Of a stretch of DNA of 32,000 nucleotides, positions 8,210 to 18,163 are shown in pieces. The DNA is taken from positions 1 to 32,000 of the forward strand of contig NC_014033.1 in assembly GCF_000025925.1 (NCBI RefSeq). The letters run 5' to 3'. The position numbers were made by a program, and so were the translations under genes. Origin of the DNA: Xylanibacter ruminicola 23 (GTDB lineage: Bacteria; Bacteroidota; Bacteroidia; Bacteroidales; Bacteroidaceae). The notes beneath the pieces were generated by a model, which worked only from the letters and a program-made list of their open reading frames with translations, ran no database searches and was not told the DNA's origin. Every line of letters starts with the position of its first letter. Position 1 is the stretch's first letter.

Positions 8210-8976
8210 AGGCTGCGGGTGATGCCAAGCAGGATACGGTGGGTATAGGTGTGCTGCTTGAGGTTGTTGACTTGGGCTTGCTGGTAGTTACCGAGGTAGG
8301 CCAGGCGCAGTGCCCATTTTTGAGTGCAGTGCCAATCCACCGAGGCCAACTGACGGAAGGTGGGGGCTGAAACAAAAGTGGTGGGTACGATGTTATGATC
8401 GTAGTTGCCCCGCGAAAAGATTTCGTAGTAGCTCTGTCCGTAGTTAGGACTGAACATCACGCCTACCAGTGGCAGGTTGAGTTCGTAACGGGCAGTAAAA
8501 CGATGACGACTGATGTGGAAACCGTACGTAGCAGTGGCACTTGGCATGATGTTGAGCGCTGCACGTGCCTGGGCGGGGTTGTTGCTGCTGGTCATGTTGT
8601 AGATGGCGCCAGCGCAGAGGTTGGCGGCTACACCTGCCTGCAGTTTCAGTCCGTTGAGTACGGGACGGAAATTGTAGTAGCGTGCCCAATAGAGATTGTA
8701 AGTGATTTCCAAATCGTTGATGTTATGGCTACGGTCGTGGGTGTTCGAGAGGTCGACCTCGTGCTCATAGGTGTTGCTCCAACGGCGGGTGGTGTCGCGC
8801 TGCTCTTTGATATACATGTAGGTAATGCCCGTGCCGCTAAAGTTCTCGGGGGTTAGGTAAGTATCGAGAACTTTGGTTGGGCCAAGGCCTATCATGTGTG
8901 ATTTGTTTTGTGCATTTGCCGCGGTAGCAGCAAAGCACAAAACACACAATATACTATTTAAAATCTTCATTATCAA
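8206..8976 (-). CDS. Signal-peptide protein of unknown function, probably an outer-membrane beta-barrel (possibly DUF3316-like, unverified)
   Basis: Signal peptide (ILCVLCFAATAANAQ). The sequence has alternating hydrophobic/aromatic strands (ITYNLYWARYY, FTARYELNLPLVGVMF, WALRLAYLGNY). It overlaps the parC 3' end by 23 nt and overlaps the S41 peptidase start by 4 nt. Confidence 0.5.
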   Translation of the reverse strand: MIMKILNSILCVLCFAATAANAQNKSHMIGLGPTKVLDTYLTPENFSGTGITYMYIKEQRDTTRRWSNTYEHEVDLSNTHDRSHNINDLEITYNLYWARYYNFRPVLNGLKLQAGVAANLCAGAIYNMTSSNNPAQARAALNIMPSATATYGFHISRHRFTARYELNLPLVGVMFSPNYGQSYYEIFSRGNYDHNIVPTTFVSAPTFRQLASVDWHCTQKWALRLAYLGNYQQAQVNNLKQHTYTHRILLGITRSL

Positions 8977-11626
8977 AAAGATTTAGCTGACCGGTGAGCT
9001 CGTCGCGTATCTGCTGCTCACTTTTGCCGGCATCTGGGTCGAGGTCTTCTTCCTCGGGTTCGGTATCGGCATCCGCTGTCTCGGCCGGTGGCTCTGGGAA
9101 GCGGGTGGGCTCCAACTCCTCGATGTTTTCGAGGGCATAGGTAGTGAGGCGCTTACCCTTGGCCTTATAACCCTTTACGGCAATGAACTGCTCGGCATCA
9201 ATCTCCTCGCTGCCACGGAAGGCATCGGCACCGCCGTAGGTTACCTGCAAACGTGGATAAGGTGTGTCGGTGAGCAACAGCAACTGTGATGCTGGATTGT
9301 CCGAAAGCCAGTTCTGCTTTTTCTTAGTGGCATCCATCTGGAATCGCTTCAGATATGGATAGCCCTGGTTGTCGGCATCGTAGAGTACGGCCGTCCAAAC
9401 CTTGTCGGCATCGTATTTCTCGATGCGCAGGATGTTCGACTCGTAGTGGTTGGCCAAATCAAAGTTGCTCAGATAGTAGTCGCCGTTCGAGAGGATGACC
9501 AGAATCTGGTCGTCGTCGTAGAACTCGCCCAGCATCTTTCCGTGGTCGTCGTAGTTCAAGCGGTTCACGTCGGGATCGAACCAAACCTTGCGACCACCCA
9601 GTGTAGAGTGTCCGTGACTCTTCAGTCCGATGCGGGTTACCTGATACTTGGTGAGCAGGTTACCCTTCGAGGCGCGCCCCTTGATCATAATCTCTGAAAA
9701 ATCTTTGACTAAGAACACGCGTTTGATGTTCTGTGAGGGGTCGAGCGTTACCTTGATCACCTCGGCCTCGCCGTTGGGGTTGGCGGTGAAGTACATCACG
9801 CGACTGCCGTCGGTGCCCTGCGTCAGGTCGTACTCCTTGTCGCGGGTCATGCTGGTAACGTTGAAGCGCTTGATGTAGCAGGCGCCCTTCTTACCATCAC
9901 GATAAACGGCATTGTAGATGGTACGTGAGTCGTTCTTCTTGAACACGTTCACATACAGGATGTTCTTACCCACGAACAGTTTCTCGGCTACGCGTACAAT
10001 CTTGTATTTACCATCTTTGTAAAAAATGATGACATCATCGAGGTCGGAGCAGTTGCATACAAACTCGTCCTTCTTCAGTCCGGTACCGATAAAGCCATCG
10101 CTGCGGTTGATGTACAACTTCTGGTTGGCTTCGGCCACTTTGGCTGAGTCGATGGTGTCGAAATTGCGAATCTCGGTCAGACGTGGATGGTCCTTGCCGT
10201 ACTTATCCTTTAGGAACTGGAACCAGTTGGCTGTTACCTCTACCAGGTTAGCCAGATCGCGGTCGATCTCCTCAATCTCTGCCTTCAGACGTGCCATGAG
10301 CTCGTCGGCCTTATCCTTATTGAATTTCAGGATGCGCTGCATCTTGATTTCGAGCAATTTCAGGATATCGTCCTTGGTTACCTCGCGGATAAACTGCGGG
10401 TAGTAAGGTGTGAGACGCTCGTCGATATGTTCGCAAACGGCATCTACGTTAGGTGCCTGTTCAAATTTCTTGTCCTTATAGATACGCTCCTCGATGAAGA
10501 TACGCTCCAAACTCTGGAAGTGCAACTGTTCTAACAGCTCGCCCTTGCGGATCTCCAGCTCCTGACGGATGAGGTCCTTGGTACGTTCTACTGAATGACG
10601 CAGCACATCGCTCACGGTGAGGAACTGTGGTTTGTTGTCCTCGATCACGCAGCAGTTAGGCGAGATGCTAACCTCGCAGTCGGTAAAGGCATAGAGGGCG
10701 TCGATAGTCTTGTCGCTTGATACGCCAGGTGCCAGGTGTACCTGGATTTCAACCTCGGCAGCAGTGAGGTCTTCAACCTTACGGGCCTTGATTTTTCCTT
10801 TCTCGATGGCCTTTACGATAGAGTCCTGCAGGGTCTCGGAGGTTTTTGAGAATGGTATCTCACGGATGACCAGCGTTTTCTGATCGATCTTCTCGATTTT
10901 GGCGCGTACCTTGATGACGCCGCCACGCTGACCGTCGTTATATTTCGAAACGTCGATGCTACCGCTGGTGGGGAAGTCGGGGTAGAGTGCGAATGGCTGC
11001 TGGTGCAGATAGCTGATGGCTGCATCGCAGATTTCGCAGAAGTTGTGTGGCAGGATTTTTGAACTCAATCCTACGGCGATACCCTCGGCACCCTGTGCCA
11101 ACAGCAATGGGAATTTGACAGGGAGTGTGATTGGCTCCTTGTTACGACCGTCGTACGACATCTTCCACTCGGTGGTCTTGGGATTAAACACCGTGTCGAG
11201 GGCGAACTTAGAAAGGCGTGCCTCGATGTATCGTGGGGCAGCGGCCGATGAACCCGTGAGGATGTTTCCCCAGTTACCCTGCGTGTCGATGAGCAGATCT
11301 TTCTGTCCCAACTGCACTAAGGCGTCGCCGATAGAAGCATCACCGTGAGGGTGGAACTGCATGGTATGACCTACGATGTTGGCTACCTTGTTGTAGCGGC
11401 CATCGTCCATACGTTTCATAGAGTGCAGAATTCTACGCTGTACGGGTTTCAGTCCGTCGCCCAGATGGGGTACGGCACGCTCCAGGATTACGTAGCTGGC
11501 GTAATCCAGAAACCAGTTCTGATACATGCCGCTAAGATGATGAACCGCTGCGGCATCAAAGCGGTTGCTTGGTTTATAGTCGGAGTGCTGTTCCGACTGT
11601 TCAATCTCTTTAATCTCGTCGTCCAT
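8954..11626 (-). CDS. parC: DNA topoisomerase IV subunit A (GyrA/ParC family) with an acidic C-terminal tail
   Basis: The N-terminus WFLDYASYVILERAVPHLGDGLKPVQRRILH is the Bacteroidota ParC-type variant of the GyrA/ParC motif. The active-site Tyr lies in AAAPRYIEARL. The 890-aa length and the C-terminal beta-pinwheel region fit ParC. Confidence 0.9.
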   Translation of the reverse strand: MDDEIKEIEQSEQHSDYKPSNRFDAAAVHHLSGMYQNWFLDYASYVILERAVPHLGDGLKPVQRRILHSMKRMDDGRYNKVANIVGHTMQFHPHGDASIGDALVQLGQKDLLIDTQGNWGNILTGSSAAAPRYIEARLSKFALDTVFNPKTTEWKMSYDGRNKEPITLPVKFPLLLAQGAEGIAVGLSSKILPHNFCEICDAAISYLHQQPFALYPDFPTSGSIDVSKYNDGQRGGVIKVRAKIEKIDQKTLVIREIPFSKTSETLQDSIVKAIEKGKIKARKVEDLTAAEVEIQVHLAPGVSSDKTIDALYAFTDCEVSISPNCCVIEDNKPQFLTVSDVLRHSVERTKDLIRQELEIRKGELLEQLHFQSLERIFIEERIYKDKKFEQAPNVDAVCEHIDERLTPYYPQFIREVTKDDILKLLEIKMQRILKFNKDKADELMARLKAEIEEIDRDLANLVEVTANWFQFLKDKYGKDHPRLTEIRNFDTIDSAKVAEANQKLYINRSDGFIGTGLKKDEFVCNCSDLDDVIIFYKDGKYKIVRVAEKLFVGKNILYVNVFKKNDSRTIYNAVYRDGKKGACYIKRFNVTSMTRDKEYDLTQGTDGSRVMYFTANPNGEAEVIKVTLDPSQNIKRVFLVKDFSEIMIKGRASKGNLLTKYQVTRIGLKSHGHSTLGGRKVWFDPDVNRLNYDDHGKMLGEFYDDDQILVILSNGDYYLSNFDLANHYESNILRIEKYDADKVWTAVLYDADNQGYPYLKRFQMDATKKKQNWLSDNPASQLLLLTDTPYPRLQVTYGGADAFRGSEEIDAEQFIAVKGYKAKGKRLTTYALENIEELEPTRFPEPPAETADADTEPEEEDLDPDAGKSEQQIRDELTGQLNLFDNEDFK

Positions 11627-11660
11627 TCCTTTTTTATGCTGCGGTTTTTAGTACACGTAG

Positions 11661-11708
11661 AAAAAATTGCTAGTACACGTAGCCGTATTATTTTCTACGT
11701 GTACTAGC
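11661..11708 (-). terminator. Rho-independent terminator of alaS (perfect 14-bp stem plus U6)
   Basis: gctagtacacgtag (11669-11682) pairs perfectly with ctacgtgtactagc (11695-11708) across a 12-nt loop. On the minus strand the hairpin is followed by AAUUUUUU (plus 11661-11668). A third copy of the arm lies at 11649-11660 (see findings). Confidence 0.8.
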
Positions 11709-11717
11709 AAAAACAGG

Positions 11718-14384
11718 TTAGTTAAGCTTTGCCAGCTCTAACACCTTGTCAACGGCGGCGCTCAAGCCGTCGGCGTTCTTACCACCAGCCTGGGCAAAGT
11801 GAGGCTGACCGCCACCACCACCCTGGATGAGCTTAGCGGCCTCGCGAACCATCTGACCGGCATTCAGTCCGTGGTCGCTTACCATATCATCGCTCATCAT
11901 GATGCTAAGCTGTGGTTTATTGTTGTCGTGAGTACCCAGTACACACAGCAGTGAGCCCTCTACAGCTGCACGAATCTTAAATGCCAGATCCTTGGCAGCA
12001 GCAGGATTCATAGGCAGAACGGCTGAAACAACCTTTACGCCGTTTACCTCGCGAGCCTTGTCGACCAGCTGCTTGGCAGCGCGCTCTACGGCCTGTGCCT
12101 GGAAAGCCTCAATCTCTTTCTTCATGGAGTCGTGCTCCTCGATATACTTCTTGATAACGCCCTGCAGGTCCTTGGCATTGTTGAAGAATGCCTTAACAGC
12201 CTTCAGGATATCCTCGGTCTGATACAGCAGCTCCTCGCACTCCTGACCGGTCTTGGCCTCGATACGACGGATGCCGGCAGCTACGCTGCTCTCAGAGATA
12301 ATCTTGAAGAATCCGATACGACCGGTGCTTGAAGCGTGGATACCACCACAGAACTCGCAACTTGGACCGAAGCGAACCACACGAACCTTATCGCCGTACT
12401 TCTCGCCGAACAGGGCGATAGCACCAAGCTTCTTAGCCTCGTCGAAAGGCACGTCGCGGTGCTCGTCGATGTGGATGTCCTGACGGATCATATCGTTTAC
12501 CATACGCTCAACCTCGCGCAGCTGCTCGTCGGTAACCTTCTCGAAGTGAGAGAAGTCGAAACGCAGGGTGTCGGGGCTTACAAACGAACCCTTCTGCTCT
12601 ACGTGGTCGCCCAGAATCTGCTTCAAGGCATAGTCGAGCAGGTGAGTAGCGGTATGGTTAGCGGCCGATGCATTACGCTTGTCGGTATCAACGCATGCCA
12701 TGAACTGGGCTGCGGGATCCTTTGGCAACTGCTTTACGATGTGAACGCTCTGACCGTTCTCGCGCTTGGTGTCGATGATGTTGATGGTCTCGGCCTCGTT
12801 AACGAGTACACCGCAATCACCAACCTGTCCACCCATCTCACCATAGAATGGGGTGTTATCGAGTACCAGCTCGTAGAACTCATTCTTTTTCTGAGTTACC
12901 TTGCGGTAGCGGATGATATGGCACTCGTATTCGGTATAATCATAACCAACGAACTGCTGCTCACCGGCGGCCAGCTCTACCCAGTCGCTGTTCTCAACGG
13001 CAGCGGCATTACGGGCACGGTCCTTCTGCTTCTGCATCTCAACATTGAACTGCTCCTCGTTAACGGTAAAACCGTTTTCACGACAGATGAGCTCGGTGAG
13101 GTCGAGAGGGAATCCGTAGGTGTCGAACAAACGGAAAGCCTGTACGCCATCCAACTCGGTCTTACCCTCGGCCTTGAGGGTATTCATAGCGTCGTTCAGC
13201 ATGCCGATACCCTTTTCGAGGGTGCGGAGGAACGACTCTTCCTCTTCCTTGATTACCTTGGTGACAAGCTGCTGCTGGGCCTCCAACTCGGGGAAGGCAC
13301 CGCCCATCTCGGCAACGAGTGTTGGAACAAGCTTATACAGGAAACCATCCTTCTGATTCAGGAAGGTATAGGCATAACGTACGGCACGGCGCAAGATACG
13401 ACGAATCACATAACCAGCCTTGGCATTAGAAGGCAGCTGACCGTCGGCGATCGAGAAGGCAACGGCACGCAGGTGGTCGGCGCAAACACGCATGGCCACG
13501 TTGATGTCGTCCTGCTCCTTGCTGATAGGACTCTCGGTCTCCTCCTCGAAGGTGAAGTACTTCAGTCCGGTAATCTGCTGCTCGGCCTTGATGATAGGCT
13601 GGAATACGTCGGTATCGTAGTTGGAGTGCTTGCCCTGCATCATGCGGACCAGACGCTCAAAGCCCATACCGGTATCAATAACGTTCATTGACAGTGGCTC
13701 GAGTGAACCATCGGCCTTGCGGTTGAACTGCATGAACACGATGTTCCAGATTTCGATAACCTGTGGGTCGTCCTGGTTAACCAGCTCACGACCGGTCTTG
13801 CCGCTGGCAGCCTTCTGCTCAGGGGTACGGCTATCTACGTGGATCTCAGAGCAAGGACCGCAAGGACCTGTATCGCCCATTTCCCAGAAGTTGTCGTGCT
13901 TGTTTCCGTTGATGATATGATCCTCGGGTACGTGCTTTGCCCAGTACTTGGCAGCCTCGTCGTCGCGAGGGATGTTCTCCTCGGGCGAACCCTCGAATAC
14001 AGTTACATAGAGATCCTCGGGATTCAGCTTCAGCACGTCAACCAGATACTCCCATGCCATATCGATGGCGCCCTCCTTAAAGTAGTCGCCAAAGCTCCAG
14101 TTACCGAGCATCTCGAACATGGTGTGGTGATAAGTATCGTGTCCAACCTCTTCAAGGTCGTTGTGCTTTCCTGATACACGCAGGCACTTCTGTGTATCCG
14201 CTCGACGGCGTGGCTCTGGATCGCGAGTACCCAGAATGATATCTTTCCATTGGTTCATACCTGCGTTCGTAAACATCAGTGTGGGATCGTCCTTGATCAC
14301 CATTGGGGCTGATGGTACGATAGCGTGCTGCTTCGACTCGAAAAACTTCTTAAATGAGTCGCGAATCTCATTTGCTGTCATCAT
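11718..14384 (-). CDS. alaS: Alanine--tRNA ligase
   Basis: Full-length 888 aa. The class II AlaRS N-terminus is [41 protein letters not shown]. The editing-domain motifs are HTATHLL and CGGIHA. A C-terminal DHHA1-like region is present. Confidence 0.97.
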   Translation of the reverse strand: MMTANEIRDSFKKFFESKQHAIVPSAPMVIKDDPTLMFTNAGMNQWKDIILGTRDPEPRRRADTQKCLRVSGKHNDLEEVGHDTYHHTMFEMLGNWSFGDYFKEGAIDMAWEYLVDVLKLNPEDLYVTVFEGSPEENIPRDDEAAKYWAKHVPEDHIINGNKHDNFWEMGDTGPCGPCSEIHVDSRTPEQKAASGKTGRELVNQDDPQVIEIWNIVFMQFNRKADGSLEPLSMNVIDTGMGFERLVRMMQGKHSNYDTDVFQPIIKAEQQITGLKYFTFEEETESPISKEQDDINVAMRVCADHLRAVAFSIADGQLPSNAKAGYVIRRILRRAVRYAYTFLNQKDGFLYKLVPTLVAEMGGAFPELEAQQQLVTKVIKEEEESFLRTLEKGIGMLNDAMNTLKAEGKTELDGVQAFRLFDTYGFPLDLTELICRENGFTVNEEQFNVEMQKQKDRARNAAAVENSDWVELAAGEQQFVGYDYTEYECHIIRYRKVTQKKNEFYELVLDNTPFYGEMGGQVGDCGVLVNEAETINIIDTKRENGQSVHIVKQLPKDPAAQFMACVDTDKRNASAANHTATHLLDYALKQILGDHVEQKGSFVSPDTLRFDFSHFEKVTDEQLREVERMVNDMIRQDIHIDEHRDVPFDEAKKLGAIALFGEKYGDKVRVVRFGPSCEFCGGIHASSTGRIGFFKIISESSVAAGIRRIEAKTGQECEELLYQTEDILKAVKAFFNNAKDLQGVIKKYIEEHDSMKKEIEAFQAQAVERAAKQLVDKAREVNGVKVVSAVLPMNPAAAKDLAFKIRAAVEGSLLCVLGTHDNNKPQLSIMMSDDMVSDHGLNAGQMVREAAKLIQGGGGGQPHFAQAGGKNADGLSAAVDKVLELAKLN

Positions 14385-14434
14385 CTTATTTTACTATTTG
14401 ACAATTTATGATTTACCATTTATAAATTTGGGTG

Positions 14435-14442
14435 CAAAGTTA
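14435..14442 (-). promoter_or_regulatory. -7 box (TAacTTTG) for alaS
   Basis: Plus strand reads caaagtta, which is taactttg on the minus strand. It lies about 50 nt upstream of the alaS ATG and is divergent from the merR-family promoter. Confidence 0.6.
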
Positions 14443-14485
14443 CACATTTTTTTCGTAAAAGTTTTGAGATTTCGGTGAAAAAGTT

Positions 14486-14493
14486 TACCTTTG
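14486..14493 (+). promoter_or_regulatory. -7 box (TAccTTTG) with a -33 TTTG for the MerR-family gene
   Basis: tacctttg at 14486-14493. TTTG at 14463-14466 lies 19 nt upstream, which is the Bacteroides -33/-7 spacing. The ATG is at 14513. Confidence 0.65.
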
Positions 14494-14512
14494 CAGCAAA
14501 ATAGTAGTAATT

Positions 14513-14860
14513 ATGGCACTGAATTTGAATAGGAGGCTGAAAACGTACTACTCCATTAGGGAGGTTGCCGAGATGTTCGATTTGAACGAGAGTACGCTGC
14601 GCTACTGGGAAACTGAGTTTCCATTCCTGAAGCCAAAGACCTCGGGAACTGCGAAAATACGTCAGTATCAGGAGAAAGATCTGGATCAGATACGCCTGAT
14701 ACACAACCTGGTGAAAGTGCGTGGATTCAAGATTGCTGCTGCACGTGAGATGTTGACTAAAAACCGACAAGGCGTGCAGAAAACAGCCGATGCCTTACAG
14801 AACCTGATTGCGTTGCGCGAAGATTTGCAAGTGCTTAAAAGTCATCTCGATGCGCTCTAA
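14513..14860 (+). CDS. MerR-family transcriptional regulator (small, HTH only)
   Basis: MerR-type HTH: YYSIREVAEMFDLNESTLRYWETEF. A C-terminal coiled-coil-like tail follows. It is divergent from alaS. Confidence 0.8.
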   Translation: MALNLNRRLKTYYSIREVAEMFDLNESTLRYWETEFPFLKPKTSGTAKIRQYQEKDLDQIRLIHNLVKVRGFKIAAAREMLTKNRQGVQKTADALQNLIALREDLQVLKSHLDAL

Positions 14861-14866
14861 ATAAAT

Positions 14867-14890
14867 AAGCCCCGCCAACCGGCGGGGCTT
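14867..14890. terminator. Bidirectional terminator between the convergent merR-family gene and the tricorn-like peptidase gene
   Basis: Perfect 10-bp GC-rich stem aagccccgcc / ggcggggctt with loop aacc. Both strands have T-rich flanks. Confidence 0.8.
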
Positions 14891-14895
14891 ACTGT

Positions 14896-17800
14896 TTATC
14901 GTTTGTGACCTCCAAAATCATTCTTGGTCTTTTCCTTGAAGGCGGCGCCTTCCTTGAGCATCTCCTGTACGGCACGCTCTAACTGACGGTCGTGACCGTT
15001 GAGATAGTCCTCAGGGCTGTTGTAAACCTCGATGTCGGGGCACAGTGGGGTGTTCTCACCATAGTCGCCACGTACATCGATACGACCTACCTGTGGAATA
15101 CCGAATACCACACCGTTGATGAGTGTCTCCCACCAAACGCTGGTAGATGTTCCGGCTACTGGGGTACCAATCAGTTTTCCAATCTTCATGTCCTGATACT
15201 GACGGGGGAATCCGCAGGCATTGCTGTAGTCGTCCTCGCAAAGTACCACGCACGAAGGCTTATTCCACTGGGCTGATGGCTCGATACCTAAGTACTTGCC
15301 ATGGGCCATGAAGTGTGAGTGCTGACGACCGTTGAGCAGGTGGCACAGATCGTCGTGCAGGTAGCCACCACCATTATGGCGCTCATCTACAATCACGGCA
15401 TCGCGCTCGCGGTTGGTCTCGTTCAGTATTTCCTCGTACAGCTTACGGAATTTATCGCCGTTCATCGACGAGATGTGTACATAAGCCAAACGGCCGTGTG
15501 ACAGACTATCAACCAGTTTGCGGTTGCGCTCTACCCAACGATCGTAAAGGATATTGTTGTAAGCGGTGAGCGAGATGGCTTTGGTGTTAACGTTGCGACC
15601 ATTGATGGTGAGACGTACCACCTTACCGGTCTTTCCAGCCAGCAGGGGATAGTAGTCGTCGCCTTTTCTGATTGGTGTGCCGTCGATGGCCTCGATAATA
15701 TCACCAGCCTTTACACCGGTGTTACGTACGGCCAATTGCGAACCCTTTGGAATCTCGGCAATTTTCAGTCCGTCGCCTTTGTAGCTGTCGTCGAAGAACA
15801 AGCCTAATGAGGCAGTGCGGAACTCAACGGGATTCTGGTAACGTGCACCAGTATGCGAGGCATTCAGCTCACCTAACATCTCGGCCAGCATATCGCGGAA
15901 GTCGTACACGTTGTTGATGTATGGCAGGAACTTCTCGTAAATCTTTTTATAGCCAGCCCAGTCCACACCATGCAGATCGTCGCGGTAGAACTTATCATCA
16001 ACCTGGCGCCAGATATGCTCGAACAGATACTGACGCTCGGCAAATGGACGGTTATTGAAGTCGGCTTCGAAATCAATAGCCTTACGGCTGCCTTTCGCGA
16101 TGTCGATACGGCGCAGCGAACCCTTATTCATAAAGAATAGGTTTTTACCTTTCTTGTCGGTGCTCAGGCGTCCGTTGCCTACGCCACGAATCACCAGCTC
16201 GCTCTTATCCTCCAGCAGGTCGTACTTCCACAGGTCGTAGCCATCCTCGTAGGCAGCCTGGTAGTACAGGGTGTCGCCTTTTGGAGTGAGGTAGGCATCG
16301 CCCAAGCGGGTAGAGTGGGCGGTAAGACGTACAATGCGGTCCTTGGCATTCTCCAGATCGAACTGCAAAGGCTCAACGGCAGGCTTCTTTTCAGTAGCTT
16401 TCTTATCCTTACTGTCGGTAGCCGTGTTTTCTTTTTTGGCAGGCTTGTGAGCCTCGTCGTAGATGGCCTTCTCCTCCTTCGACATCTGGAAACGTTCGTA
16501 GGCATCGATATCAAAGAACATCAGGAAATAGTCGTTCTGCCATCCGTGTCCGCCGTGGTTCTTGAAGCCTCTGCGGTTGCTTGTGAACAGCATGGCCTTT
16601 CCACCGAGAACCCAGTGAGGGTTCATGTCGTAGTAAGAACTATTGGTCAGATTGTAGGGTTTCTGTTTACCCGAGGCATCAATCAGCGCAATATCATCGT
16701 GGTGGTAGCCGCCGTCGCCATAGTAAGTGGCCAGCAGCCAACGGCTGTCGGGGCTCCATTCAAAGTCGATGTCGCCATCAGAGTATGAGAAGAGGTCCTT
16801 GCCGTCCATCACAGTACGGATTTTCTTGGTGGCTAAATTGATGATACGGATGGTGCCGCGATCCTCGAAGAAAGCCAGCTCTTTGCTGTCGGGACTATAA
16901 CGTGGATAGAACGAGGTGTGGTTTTGCTTGGTGAGCTGCTCCTCGGTCAGGTCGGTAGCATAGGTAAACTGCTTTTCGTCCTTGTTCTTGATGGTTGTCT
17001 GATAGATGTTCCAGCAACCATTACGCTCAGAGGCGTAGGCCAGCGAACGACCATCGGGTGAGAAACTCAGGTTGCGCTCCAGTTCGGGGGTGTCGGTGAT
17101 GCGACGGGTGGTCTTGTAATCGGTTGCAGTTACATATACCTCGCCGTGAATCACAAAAGCCACCTCTTTGCCGCTGGGTGATGCCACAACCTCGGTAGCA
17201 CCCTTGGTGAGCACCTCACGGATGAGTTCGCGGTCGGTCTTGTCGCTAACAATATTGATGTTTACACGCTGAGGCTGACTGCCCTGACGTACGGTGTAGA
17301 TCTCGCCATCGTAGCCATAGCACAGGGTGCCGTTGTCAGCGGCAGTGAGGAAACGTACAGGATTGGTCTTATGACGTGTAATCTGCTGGTTCTGCTTGCC
17401 ATCCAGACTGCGGTACCAAACATTAAAGGTACCATCCTGCTCGCTCAGGTAGTAATAACCCTTACCATCGGCGGTCCACACAGGTGTGCGGTCTTCGCCG
17501 GCAAAGTCGGTAAGCTTGGTGTATTTACCTTTCGACAGCATCCAGATGTCGCGGCAGATTGCCGACTGGTGGTGCTTGCGATACATATCCTCGCTGCCCT
17601 TGATGTCGTGATACAGCACATCGCCCGTTTTGCGGTTGATGTTGATATCGGCCATCATCAGTCCGGAGAACAAGCGTGGACGACCGCCCTTTACGCTCAC
17701 CTCGTAAACCTGGGGAAACTTCCCAAGGCTGGGGATGATGCTCTGGCGTGTGGGCATGTCGGCCATGCTGAACAGCACGTGGTCGTTGTCGGCAAACGTC

Positions 17801-18138
17801 AGTACGTTCTTAAAATGGCTACTGGTGGTAATCTGCTGTGGCTGTCCGCCCTTGCTGGGCATCACCCATACATTGATGCCCCCCTCACGGTCGGAAGCAA
17901 AAGCAATCTTGCTGCCGTCGGGGCTCCAAACTGGGTTGTAGTCGTAAGCAGGGTTGGTGGTAAGCTGCTTGGCTGTACCACCTGTAACAGGCACTGTAAA
18001 CAGATCGCCCTTGTACGAAAAAGCAATCGTCTGCCCGTCGGGCGAAATGGCACAGAAACGCATCCAGAGAGGACGCTCCTGGGCGATGGCCACGAGTGAC
18101 AGTGTAGTGGTTAAAACTGTAATTAGTAATTTCTTCAT
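14896..18138 (-). CDS. Tricorn-like S41 peptidase (TolB/PD40 beta-propellers plus PDZ plus S41 domain)
   Basis: 1080 aa with a signal peptide. PD40-like repeats are SPDGQTIAF, WSPDGSKIAFASDREG, FSPDGRSLAYASERNG, YSPDSKELAF and WSPDSRWLL. The PDZ-like region is GLKIAEIPKGS..AGDIIEAIDG. The S41 motif is VIVDERHNGGGY. Confidence 0.85.
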   Translation of the reverse strand: MKKLLITVLTTTLSLVAIAQERPLWMRFCAISPDGQTIAFSYKGDLFTVPVTGGTAKQLTTNPAYDYNPVWSPDGSKIAFASDREGGINVWVMPSKGGQPQQITTSSHFKNVLTFADNDHVLFSMADMPTRQSIIPSLGKFPQVYEVSVKGGRPRLFSGLMMADININRKTGDVLYHDIKGSEDMYRKHHQSAICRDIWMLSKGKYTKLTDFAGEDRTPVWTADGKGYYYLSEQDGTFNVWYRSLDGKQNQQITRHKTNPVRFLTAADNGTLCYGYDGEIYTVRQGSQPQRVNINIVSDKTDRELIREVLTKGATEVVASPSGKEVAFVIHGEVYVTATDYKTTRRITDTPELERNLSFSPDGRSLAYASERNGCWNIYQTTIKNKDEKQFTYATDLTEEQLTKQNHTSFYPRYSPDSKELAFFEDRGTIRIINLATKKIRTVMDGKDLFSYSDGDIDFEWSPDSRWLLATYYGDGGYHHDDIALIDASGKQKPYNLTNSSYYDMNPHWVLGGKAMLFTSNRRGFKNHGGHGWQNDYFLMFFDIDAYERFQMSKEEKAIYDEAHKPAKKENTATDSKDKKATEKKPAVEPLQFDLENAKDRIVRLTAHSTRLGDAYLTPKGDTLYYQAAYEDGYDLWKYDLLEDKSELVIRGVGNGRLSTDKKGKNLFFMNKGSLRRIDIAKGSRKAIDFEADFNNRPFAERQYLFEHIWRQVDDKFYRDDLHGVDWAGYKKIYEKFLPYINNVYDFRDMLAEMLGELNASHTGARYQNPVEFRTASLGLFFDDSYKGDGLKIAEIPKGSQLAVRNTGVKAGDIIEAIDGTPIRKGDDYYPLLAGKTGKVVRLTINGRNVNTKAISLTAYNNILYDRWVERNRKLVDSLSHGRLAYVHISSMNGDKFRKLYEEILNETNRERDAVIVDERHNGGGYLHDDLCHLLNGRQHSHFMAHGKYLGIEPSAQWNKPSCVVLCEDDYSNACGFPRQYQDMKIGKLIGTPVAGTSTSVWWETLINGVVFGIPQVGRIDVRGDYGENTPLCPDIEVYNSPEDYLNGHDRQLERAVQEMLKEGAAFKEKTKNDFGGHKR

Positions 18139-18163
18139 ATATATACCTTATTATATTAGTGAA

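Noticed and set aside
12336-13691. 451-aa ORF on the plus strand, the longest non-annotated ORF in the window
   Set aside because: It lies entirely antisense to alaS, whose identity is unambiguous. The translation is low-complexity (rich in L, V, G, T, E) with no recognisable motif, signal or promoter box. It looks like a typical shadow ORF produced by codon bias on the opposite strand.
17371-18099. 242-aa plus-strand ORF inside the tricorn-like peptidase gene. A similar 222-aa minus-strand ORF (25397..26065) lies inside surE.
   Set aside because: Both are antisense to genes with clear family motifs. Neither has a start context, promoter box or recognisable domain. I treat both as shadow ORFs. 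The many 60-150-aa ORFs in the track that are nested in or antisense to the annotated genes are dismissed for the same reason.
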